A stretch of 58,715 nt of DNA, the filler included, from Dugesia japonica (taxonomy: Eukaryota): assembly GCA_001938525.1 (NCBI GenBank). It is 5 parts of 5 records of this genome, joined end to end, with 100 filler letters (N's around TTAATTAATTAA, not from the genome) between each part and the next. Parts side by side here need not be neighbours in the genome. Positions count along the whole stretch, not along the records: positions 1 to 12,524 come from MQRL01162220.1; positions 12,625 to 21,666 come from MQRL01595132.1; 3 more parts are not named here. One strand, given 5' to 3'. Shown here in pieces: positions 11,318 to 21,766 of the stretch (position 1 is the stretch's first letter; the number at the start of each line of letters is the position of its first letter). Under the pieces are notes generated by a model. That model was not told the origin of the DNA. It did not search any database and saw nothing but the letters and a program-made list of their open reading frames with translations. The position numbers were made by a program, and so were the translations under genes.

Positions 11318-12294
11318 AGACGATAATTAATTTTCTAAAACTTTACGGTTGTTAGGTAATGTGGCATGTCTCAGCTAAGATGATACTGACGATTCGGTGT
11401 TGTTCGACTTTATACCAGAAGGGCCTACCCAGTGGTTAGACCCGGGTAGTTTAGATGAATTGTAATTACAAACTAATATAATTATTATTAATATTTCGTT
11501 TATTTATTTGACAATTGAAGTAATAGGGAAATATATGATCACAAACCAAAGGTGTACGAGTGTGAACCTCCCGTAAAGATCGAAGATCAACCTCTCTGCA
11601 CTGAATATCTAATTTAGGGACATTAGATTAAATTCTTGATGGGGCCCCCGAGGGCCGTTTTTCCCCGGCCAGCGTTCTCTTTCATCATCAACTCAGGTGG
11701 AACCCAAACACAAATAATATTTCGTAGTTATTTAATTATAACATTTTATTTAAAAGGTAACTGAAACTAATATAACGTTAATAGAATATAAGCTTAATAT
11801 TAATAATGCGCCAATATAAACAAAAAATCGATTGAGAAAAACTTCACCGAAATTTATTGGAAAATGATATGAACATGGCCCTCCATATTTAGAGTACATA
11901 TCTCCTAGTTATTCGATATTGCCAGTGCAGCGATACATGGGAATAATTTTTGGATTTTTGCATCTTTTATGTTTTTCTTGTAGAGAATCATATTTTGGTT
12001 TTAATGATATTTTCATGATTTTCCGGAACATTTCAATGATGCATGTTGATATAAGTTGTTCGTTTTTTATTTGTTAGTTTTTAAAAACTTAATCTTAATA
12101 AAAATTTAAAAGGAAAGTATTTTTTGATGGAACTGTTAGATTTTTCACTGTCGACGGTAAAGTTGGATCTGTACTGAAGTTAGTTAAATTTGTTTTATTT
12201 AGTTTTTTGTTTTCAATGGTTCCAGTGAACCTTTCGTCTAGGAATGTTTCAAGCTTTTAACAAACTCAATAACATATTTTTTCAGATTTTCTAA

Positions 12295-12338
12295 GCTGTA
12301 TATATACTATATATGATACATCATGCGTTTAAGGGTTA
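12295..12338 (+). mobile_element. piggyBac-like right terminus
   Basis: ...GATACATCATGCGTTTAAGGG followed by a TTAA target site. Confidence 0.4.
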
Positions 12339-12446
12339 AAGTAGTCCGTTAAAGCGAAAAGATGTAAAAGAGTCTGTTTAGCAAGTTACGGGTATATTAA
12401 CATATATATAAAAAGTATTGTAATTGAATATAAATATTATATATAT

Positions 12447-15400
12447 TGTCGGGTAAACACGACACTTGAGCTCTATTCAATTTGAATATAACTAAATATC
12501 TGACTGAGTTCAATAAGGTGCGTCNNNNNNNNNNNNNNNNNNNNNNNNNNNNNNNNNNNNNNNNNNNNTTAATTAATTAANNNNNNNNNNNNNNNNNNNN
12601 NNNNNNNNNNNNNNNNNNNNNNNNATAAACAAACATCAACTAAGGAAATAATGAATGCTATCAGCATCGAAGTTATTAGAAGTTTAATGATAATAAAACA
12701 TAGACCAAGACTAAGGTACACAAAATTTTATTTAAAGGATAGAGGGTTTAACCACGAGAAGGGGACTGTGTTTGGGTGCCCTTAGCAATCATAAGAGACT
12801 CCAAGTATGATTTAGTCTTAAGAAGCAGGATATCTTTGACAAGTTTATTTTCACGGTCATGGCTGGACCGGATGATTTCAGCGAATGATTCTACTTGTGC
12901 CTTCCACGCTTTCTCTTGTTCCTGTACAATTTTCATCTCCTCGTGGACGTTCGTACACTAAGTCTTATATCGTTTCACCTTAGCGTTGGCCGTGGCGGTT
13001 TCTGCTTCCCATCGCCGCTTAGCTAATCTGTATAAATCCCAGGTAAGCTCTCTGTCTTTGCTATCCTCCCTTAATTTCTTAGTCGGGGCCTGTGGTCGAT
13101 TCAATGACGAATGCACTGAAATATAAACATTAAAAGGAATGGTTCATCTTACCAGATGTTTAGATCTATCGAAAAACCCCGTAGGATGTCGTACCACATC
13201 AATACCGAGCGGGGTTATCACATAGTTTAGTGCCCACGTTACTCCATGTTATTATTATTTTAATTTTTAGAAGAAAGCAACTAAAACAATAGCCAATTAT
13301 TACTACCAGAATTTGTTGGAAAGAATGACAATAGAATGACAAAAGAAAGACAATCTATGAATTTTGTCGATTGTATTGACTATAACTGATAATGCCAAGT
13401 GTGATAACGATAATTTTGATTTAGGATACTAATAATAAACCGATAATTATCAATATCAATGAGGATATTAATTACATTAAAGTGACAACAACGGTAACGA
13501 TAATACTGATTTTAATAATGTAGTTTTAATACTAATAATAATAATAACAATAGTATTACTAACAATGCCATCGATAATGAAAGTGATACTAATAGTAATA
13601 ACAATAACATTAATGGTACTATGGATATCACCACGAGTGATGTCACTAGCATGATAATAAGGGTAATGATTTTAACCGTTATAATTTCAGTAATTCTATC
13701 AATAATAGGACTACCATTAATAATAATAATGCGAGTACCATTAATGTTAAAAATAGTAATAATAACCATAGTACTCCTAATATCAGACTTGTAATGAACA
13801 AGTTAAGAAAGCCACAATCCTATCAATTATGAGGAATTTAAATTTCTACTGGGTTACATAATTCAATTTTCCGCGCCGTGTGGTTACTTAGGAACATTCC
13901 ATGGTGATATGATTATGGAAACTTTATTTGGGTTGGTGTGTGTGGACAGCGTTCCGTGGTAGGTGTGTTTGGCCGACGTGAACTCAACAGTCAGTATTAT
14001 ATAACAACTCACTTATCAGAGCATGCACACGCTAACTAATNNNNNNNNNNNNNNNNNNNNNNNNNNNNNNNNNNNNNNNNNNNNNNNNNNNNNNNNNNNN
14101 NNNNNNNNNNNNNNNNNNNNNNNNNNNNNNNNNNNNNNNNNNNNNNNNNNNNNNNNNNNNNNNNNNNNNNNNNNNNAATTGATGAAAAACATTAGACATC
14201 TCAATGGATTTTTTCTTTACGGATTTTCGGGTAATTTGTGGTTTTGGTTAAATAAATGATCATCATTACAGTGTTTTTCTCCTTTAATTGTTTTGAATGT
14301 TTGAATTACGGTCACAAAAATAAACCGATTTATTTTTCAGTTTTGGGTACAGATTTCTGTATTCTTAATTAAATAATGTCTAATTTAGATTAACACTCAA
14401 ATATCTCGCTACTACTTATTCAATTTACGGAGTGATAGAGTGGGAATCATCTCCATTTATTTTGAGTTAGAGAGCGAAATTTTGTTATTTAAAAGGTGAC
14501 GTTGCGTCTAAATTGATATGTTTATGTGAAAAGAAAATTAACATCAAAATCTTCATATATAAGAATTTATTACCATAAATAATATATAATTTTATCATAA
14601 TATAACATTTATCATAAACAAAATAATATTTGACTTTTTATTAGTGACTAAAAGATTTCTGCAACGGGTTTTGGTTTTGTTTTGAATAGTTAATTTACTT
14701 GGCAATTCCGGATTTGGTTCCTGGGATCTGATATTCCGTTATTTTCCTTTTTCTTTAAAGAAAACGAAATTAACCACACACAAATAGGAATTTAAATTAC
14801 TCTAGTTTTCCGATATATCACGACAAATTGGTGCGCGATAACTAGTTATTAAGTTTCGTTTGAGAATTGAACCGTTAATTTTCTTGACCATGAGTTAATT
14901 TGGACGATTCGCAATTAAGTTTTCACTAATTATTTTACGTACGTGGATATGCAAAAATTTGTAGTTGTTTCTGCTAAAATCATGGGTCCTTTTATAGGAT
15001 TTTCTGATACAACTCGGCAGCATTCTCATTGGCGAGTATTTTTATTTCAAAACTTTAGAGTTTCATTGGTGCCAGAGTTGTAATTTTGGAATTTTTGTAG
15101 AGTTTAAGAACTCTGATTGGTGAGTATTTTTAGAGGGCCATGTGATGGTTTCTTCTTTGTTTTATTTTTATTTTTAGGTATCTGATTGGTTCGATCTTGG
15201 AACCCCTACAGCACCTTTCCGGATGATGGTAAGTTTTTTCCTCTGAAAGTTCTTAATGACCCTTGTCTTTCTCTTCTGGAATTTTTTTGTGCCGTCGTTC
15301 TGTGATGTTTTGATACAAAGTTATTTGCATAAAACGGATTTTGACTTCATTTTTTTTTATTTTTGAAATTAAATTAATTAATATTCCTTGATAATTAAAT

Positions 15401-15659
15401 TGTTGATTAAATAATTTTCTTATTCATAAATAATCATTTGATAATTTTTTCTTAATTGGATATCTTGACGGGCTGGTCAATTTATTTGAATTTATTATTG
15501 TCAGCTTTCTTCATTTAATTCTTGGTTTACAACTTAATGGTTGTTTTTCTGTCTTCTTGCGTATTCCCTTGGTAGTAAATGTTTGGGTTTTTATTGTTTT
15601 TCTTGATGGATTTTGAGTTTGGCTTTGTTGCCTTTCTGGGCATGTGTTTTACCCCAACA
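12447..15659 (-). mobile_element. TGTTGGGG-family element, copy 3 (crosses a scaffold spacer at 12525-12624)
   Basis: CCCCAACA terminus at 15659, promoter at about 14990, TGCAAC at about 14660, AAT tract and an ORF-A homolog. The candidate far terminus TGTCGGGTAAACAC at 12447 has flanks TATAT/TATGT but lies across the spacer. Confidence 0.7.
12748..13113 (-). pseudogene. Cargo ORF-A homolog with KGTQT motif (one in-frame TAG)
   Basis: HSSLNRPQAPTKKLREDSKDRELTWDLYRLAKRRWEAETATANAKVKRYKT*CTNVHEEMKIVQEQEKAWKAQVESFAEIIRSSHDRENKLVKDILLLKTKSYLESLMIAKGTQTQSPSRG*. Preceded by TTTCAG (candidate acceptor). Confidence 0.75.
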
Positions 15660-15724
15660 TATGTATTGTGTGTTTTATAGTATATTCTTGATTTTAATTG
15701 TAATTTTATATATCAGGTTTCTCT

Positions 15725-15905
15725 TAACTGATATTACCGATCATATTTTCTCGAGCATTTCTTAATCCTTGAGAATCATTTTCTCGAATTTGAAATCTCT
15801 GTTCTTCACGCATTTTCACACGATAATTTTGCATATATTCTGCTCGTCTGCGTTTTCTTTCAGCATTATCTTTTGCTTCTAACTTTCTTTTTGGTGGATT
15901 TTTTT
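15725..15905 (-). pseudogene. Helitron-like RepHel N-terminal remnant
   Basis: PPKRKLEAKDNAERKRRRAEYMQNYRVKMREEQRFQIRENDSQGLRNARE resembles the charged N-terminal repeats of animal Helitron proteins. Confidence 0.35.
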
Positions 15906-16386
15906 CAAATATATTTCTTTTAAATGGTTTGACTGTCTTTTATAATCAATTATATTGTCCCTTAAACGGTCAAATTTTTAGGTAATTGATATGGATTAGT
16001 TCCAAGTAGTAAGGAGAGTAGGATGAGAAAGGGGAGAGTTATACTTGATGAAAAAAGTTAAAACAAAGAAGTATAGAAATTGAGAATGACTTTATTAAAT
16101 GAAAATTATTTTCATAATTAAAGAATTTAAGAACCACTGTAAGCAATAATTACAAAGTTTATTTAATTAATTAAAATAAAAAAATTTATGAAAATATTTT
16201 AAAAAAAACATTAAAAATTTCATTTAAAAATAAATAGTATTAAAAGAATCAAACAATTTTTATGATAAACAAATTAAGGATATTAATATCATTAATTAAA
16301 TTAAAAATATTTACAGTGATATATATTTTACAATTGCAATTATTGCGAGAATAATTGTTGTACGTAACCATTGATCGTTTTTCGAA

Positions 16387-16502
16387 ATTCATTAAAATAA
16401 AAGCTTCGATTAATATTTGTTTTTTTGGTTTTGATAATAATTCAGAATTATTATCAAAAAGAAAAAAAACAAATTTTGACTGAAGCTTTTATTTTAATGA
16501 AT
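16387..16502. repeat. ~116-bp fold-back palindrome
   Basis: Arms ATTCATTAAAATAAAAGCTTC / GAAGCTTTTATTTTAATGAAT around the centre TTTTGATAATAATTC-A-GAATTATTATCAAAA. One arm is similar to 54640-54690. Confidence 0.85.
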
Positions 16503-17842
16503 CACTATTCATTATATATATTATATATTATAAGTGATATATATTATAAATTAATATCATAAATCTAAAAATTAAAATTAATTAAAAAATAGTATTAATT
16601 GATCCAAAATATATAGTATTTTAAAATCATAATTTAATTAAATCCTCTTTGTTAATTAATATTCATCTTTGTAATCTAAATACTTCGCTAACTTGTGACT
16701 CAAGCTTCTATGACAAAAATGGTTTCGATTTTTTACATCAGTAAATCGTTGAGTAAGTATGCAAAATTCTATTAAAATCAATGTAGTCATATCAAAATTA
16801 TTTGGTTTTGAAAATATGTTTTGTTAGATTTCCTGTTGTCTATGTCAGTTCCCAAGGAAAAAATTATCATGGAAACAATATGGAATGACAAAATGAACTA
16901 ATATTTCGTCCAATTTGAATACACTTGATTCAATAGTATGATTAAAAACACTTGGATCAATATTAAAAGCTTAATTACATCGAGTTATAGATAGACAGAC
17001 TAAAGATTATATGAGTGGATTATTATTGTTATTAGTTTTTATCATTTAGATTGTTGCCATCATTAACTTAACTGTTAGTTAAAAACTAATCAAAGAATTG
17101 AAATTTTTCAGTTTCCTTCTTTTCTTTCTCTTTTATAATGGCTACCAGCTTTCAATAAATGTTCATTCACAGTTGTCTTATTGTTCATTTCTTGTTTAGC
17201 TATTCGTACTATATAGCGCGTTTATTAACCAGGTATCTGTTAGCCAAAGATCGAGACAAGGCGATAAAAGATGAACAATCACAACATGGTCCATTACTAT
17301 ATTATTCACCAATTATATTGATATGTATTGAAGCTTAGTGTATTGCATATTGTAATAATTTTTACTGATAGTTAACTGTGTCCTGTTTCAATTCTCAACA
17401 TATCGATAGGTGCAATTATATAACCATAATTTAAAAACAAACCGAGATAGAAGTAATTTTAATGATTGGAAATTTCAAGAACTTTTAAGTGAATGCATTA
17501 TTATTCACTTATGTCATGTTTTATATGAAAAGAATTCTCTGAAATTTCTAAAACAAAATTTATGTAAAATAGAAATTAATATCATTAGTTCAATATTATT
17601 TATAAAGATTCTCAAAATTTTCGTTTTAAATATATTTGCAGTATGAATTTTCTTTCAGATAAAATTGTATTAGAAACTCTTCCTATCACTTTTGTAGTCA
17701 ATGTCATTTTACCTCCAAATAATACAATTGATTCTTTTTCGCTTTATATTATTAAATTATCCAAACAAAGAAATTTTGTTTATATGAAGAATTAATTTAA
17801 AACATCAAAATTTTGTGCAATTTTTTGAATTAAACAAATTTA

Positions 17843-19036
17843 ATGAATAGATCCAGAAAAGAAAAGCCATCGAAACATTCGCCATTTGTTGAGAAACTTA
17901 AATGCAGGCGTAGTACGAGAATTCAAAATCAAAAGTTTGAAGTTTTTAGAAAATGATTGAAAAATATGAATTTATTGTAGTGAAATAGATGGCACTTTTC
18001 AATCTTCTAAATCTTTAGTTATGTCAACTCCTAAAAAGACAAATAGACACACCGGGCCATTGCATGATATCTCACATGAAACTGGGAGTGTTTTATCAGT
18101 ATTTAGGTTTATTTGTAAGTACTTATTAATCGATGAGTTTAGAATTCATCTCTAAAAAGATATCATAGAAATTATGATCCTGATATTGAAATTAGACAAG
18201 TAAATGAGCGTCTTAGTAAACGTTTAAGTAATAGTTGGGCTGATCAATCTATATTAAATGATGAGGAGGAGGAAGATTTTATTAAATATTCTGAAAAACT
18301 GCGGAAACATCAAGTGATAAATTAATACGTGCTCGTAATAATATTTGTTTCTAGAAAAATATTAAGCTTGAGGATGATGTTGATGTTTTGGCTCGTCGTC
18401 AAAACGATATAGATAAAGGAAAGTCTAAACAATGTTACAAAAATTATGTTTATGAAATTGCTAAGGAACGTCGAAAACCTTTTCAGCCTCGAACACCAAA
18501 TAAATTTCTGAAAATGAGCAGGCGAGGTTGGGATGGCTTAGTAAGAAAATGGAAAAAGCATATTCATGCATGGAATGAGCCGAAGTTTGTGTTTAATACC
18601 CAAACCTTAACTTTTTATTTTAATTTTTAGATTCGAGGAACTATATGCAGCAGGAATAGAAGTTGACTGTTGTAATAGTGATGTGGCATCCATCGCGTCT
18701 TTTAAGGAGAGTTTGATTGAGTTTGACGATAACAAAGATAGTATTAAAGAAGTATTTAGTGAAGAAGAAGAAACATTACAAGTAATGTTTTACAATCTAG
18801 GTATATTTTTATGTTTTAGGGAGCAAAAACTAGAAAAAGAATATTATCTCCTATTTTAAAAGAGGAATTGACAGATGACACTATTCAAAATTCATTGTAA
18901 GTCGTTCAAAAATATTGATATGTTATAATTAAATTTTAGACCTAAATTAGTTGATCTACATAGTGGATTGACAAATGATGCAGCAGCATTAAATATGAAT
19001 TCAAATAAGCGAATTAAATTATCCGAGTTCAAATAA
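17843..19036 (+). CDS. SLBP: Histone RNA hairpin (stem-loop) binding protein, 7 exons, 311 aa
   Basis: Exons 17843-17934, 17981-18098, 18143-18313, 18355-18584, 18631-18781, 18820-18896 and 18940-19036 splice at GT-AG introns into a stop-free 936-nt ORF. RNA-binding domain LARRQNDIDKGK..CYKNY...PRTPNKFLKMSRRGWDGLVRKWKKHIHAWNEP with TPNK; upstream SWAD motif; acidic segment after the domain. Confidence 0.92.
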
Positions 19037-19402
19037 TAATTATTAAATATTCGATGTCTATTTATATAATTGTATTATTTCGTCATTCTTATTCGTTTAT
19101 TTGTTTGAAAATTTTATTAAACTTTCGTTATTATTATTGTAATTAACCTAGATTTTAAGATGTCTTTATTTTGCAATTACTAATCAAGTAAAGTTAAAGT
19201 CATATGGATGATTGTTACATGTAAATTGTAAATTAAAATTGAAAATATAGTAACATTTAAGGTTATTATATTTTAACAGTAAAATTTTTATATTGCAATA
19301 TCGAAATTAAATTTTCATCAGAAAATGGTTATTAGCAATATTGCCAAAAATTAATTGAGAACTTTGTTTTAACCCTATCAAAGGTCAATTCAATTATTTT
19401 TA

Positions 19403-19927
19403 TCTACAAGAACTATAGAATTTCGAACTACACTTGGGATTTTCCACCATTCTACCGGATTCGACCCCGAATGGACCCTCATATTCGAGTAATTTTACTG
19501 TTTAGTCCTCAATGTCTACCCAATCGATAGTAGTATGCTGTCTTATTTTTGTATTTCCGGCACAATCTGCGTCGATGGGACCACCCATTGTTATGGCTTC
19601 TGCCAATGTCTTCCTGATTTCTGCCTTTAATGAAACTTGATTATTTATTTTTAACTTTCCTGTTCTAAAAGCATCTTGACGGTCTTCTGGTTACACATTG
19701 GCTGATCTTGGTATAAGTTTTGCTGACAACACTGTTGTACGACTATGAACATCACAATAGTATTCAAATATTGCTTTTTGTACTTGATACTCGGTTTCTT
19801 GATAAATATAATATTTAGCTAGTTGGGCAACCTGCAATCTTGTAGGATACGCTTCCCTACATTCCATTGCATCTATTAGCGAATAAATTCCTGCTGGGCT
19901 AGGATTATGACAATCGTAAGCAATCAA
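19403..19927 (-). pseudogene. Chuvirus-like / herpes gB-like (class III) envelope glycoprotein, N-terminal ectodomain, degraded
   Basis: Single frame with two internal stops: LIAYDCHNPSPAGIYSLIDAMEC...YIYQETEY...YYCDVHSRTTVL...QDAFRTGKLKI...DADCAG...DWVDIED*TVKLLEYEG...KCSS. Motif order matches chuviral G (LIxYDC, SLxDxxEC, YYCGMHSH, RxHxTG, CxG, WxxVxxQ). Confidence 0.7.
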
Positions 19928-21666
19928 CCTATTGGTTTGCCTTAATTTATCCATCATCATTAGTATTGTTTGAGTAGGATTCTCTAATCCTCTCATTGTC
20001 TGCTGTAATCTATTTGCTGGTTCGAAGACAAGTATTTCGTTATTTTTCATATTAATTTCATACCTTGGGGCTTCGCTATTTTGGCGTGTTTGTTCGTTCC
20101 ATTCGTTGGAATTAACTATCCATTATCAAATATCGTTGACAGCTTTGCAACTTTCTGTTTTAATTTTCTGGTACTATTTGCACTTAATAATGAATTCCGA
20201 ATAATCATTGCCAATGCTGTTAAAGCCCGTCCATTTGTAACGCATTTGGCAGCTAACGTATGTATTGTGTTCCTGGTATTTTCATCAGGCAATTTCCTTG
20301 GTAACTTTCTAATGATTTTTTGTGCTTGGATCCCATCGTCAAACTTTTTCAATTTTTAACTCAGGCTTTAGTGACCTGATTAATTGCAGAATTTTAAAGC
20401 ATGTGTCTGACATGGCTGGTTCATTCTATACATCACCTTGGTCGATTTCATCAATTATAGCATCTAATGCCCTATATCGGATTTTTCTGGCAACGGTTCC
20501 GCCCACCGAATCGACATTAGTATTCTTTTTTGGTCTACCTCTCTTTTGTCAACCATTTGTTATCTTCTCTCTGCTGGTTCTCTAGAAGTTGATTCTCCCA
20601 GATTGTTACCTTGTACGTTTCTGATATTACTTGTATCTCTAGAGAATATTTTTCGTGGTATATTCGGTAACTCGACCGGTTCTGCCTCATCCAAATCCCC
20701 GGGATTCCTTGATTTTGTTGAGGAATATTTATTTCCTCCTCATGCACTATTTGTAATTCTTTATTCTGTAAATCCTCAGATACTTCTGGCAATCACAACA
20801 TAGTCCAATGGCGATCCCATGGCTCCACCATCAACACATTGACTAGTGTAATTTTAGTTGGTAAACAGCCAACATCAACTTGGTTACCCCAAATTACTAT
20901 CCAAAATGTTTGCGGGTATGTTATTTCGATATCCGTTTTCAGCTTCAGTACCCTTGTAAAACAAGAGTATATCTTTATTTGTGGTACCACTTCACCTGGT
21001 ACTCTTATATCGACTATAAACGATGCCTGTCTGGCTGCATCATGCCTTATGGATTCTCCATTTTTATAATTATCATTCGAATTTCATTTTGATAACTGCT
21101 TGGTTTATCAACCAGTGATAATATCAATGGCATTACCTCTTTTAAAACTTCAGTTGAGATATGTAACGTCAACATCCAACTTAATATGCTTTTAATGTCT
21201 TCATCCCATCTTGGGACTGAAAATATCTCATTTCCTAATTTCTGTATAATAGAGTGAGCGTCTTGTAACTTCCATATGTCCCATAGCAAATGTGCTATCT
21301 GGGGTGATAGTAGCTACTTCCACTACTTTCTCTTTAGCTTGTATCTTGGTTTTTATCTCAAGTAATATTCCACATAACAACCGATATTTATCTATGTCTA
21401 ATTTTTTGTCATACAAATACAGATCAAATACTCTGCGTTTGATCTTTTTCAGATAAGCTATTATTTTAGCTACTGGCTCTTTTACATCTAATTCCAGAAG
21501 TACTCTGCCTCTTTTTGGTAATTGTATCTCCAACTGAGCCTTTTTAAAATCCCAGTCGCACTACATTTTTTAACCAATTTTTCTGCTTATTTCAGTAATT
21601 TCTTTATAATAAGTCTTCTTGGGTCTGACTTTAGATAATATCTGCATTATATTATCTAACTTTTCC
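19928..21666 (-). pseudogene. Degraded polyprotein of unknown domains preceding the env-like segment
   Basis: Chain of intron-free, frameshift-linked ORFs (21533-21228, 21289-21047, 20990-20793, 20792-20535, 20352-20116, 20050-). Includes an AT-hook-like KRGRPKK at about 20530-20548. Cut by the scaffold spacer at 21667. Confidence 0.55.
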
Positions 21667-21766
21667 NNNNNNNNNNNNNNNNNNNNNNNNNNNNNNNNNN
21701 NNNNNNNNNNTTAATTAATTAANNNNNNNNNNNNNNNNNNNNNNNNNNNNNNNNNNNNNNNNNNNN

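Larger units (their letters stand above)
8455..11710 (+). mobile_element. TGTTGGGG-family element, copy 2 (5'-truncated)
   Basis: 8455-8980 aligns with 3295-3765, including the promoter and TGTTGCAG. It has an ATT tract. 11410-11710 aligns with 5985-6276 and ends GGTGGAACCCAAACA. Confidence 0.8.

Noticed and set aside
12525-12624. TTAATTAATTAA flanked by N runs, also at 21667, 32729 and 45790
   Set aside because: Identical 100-bp N44+12+N44 blocks with stops in all six frames are an assembly spacer, not biology.
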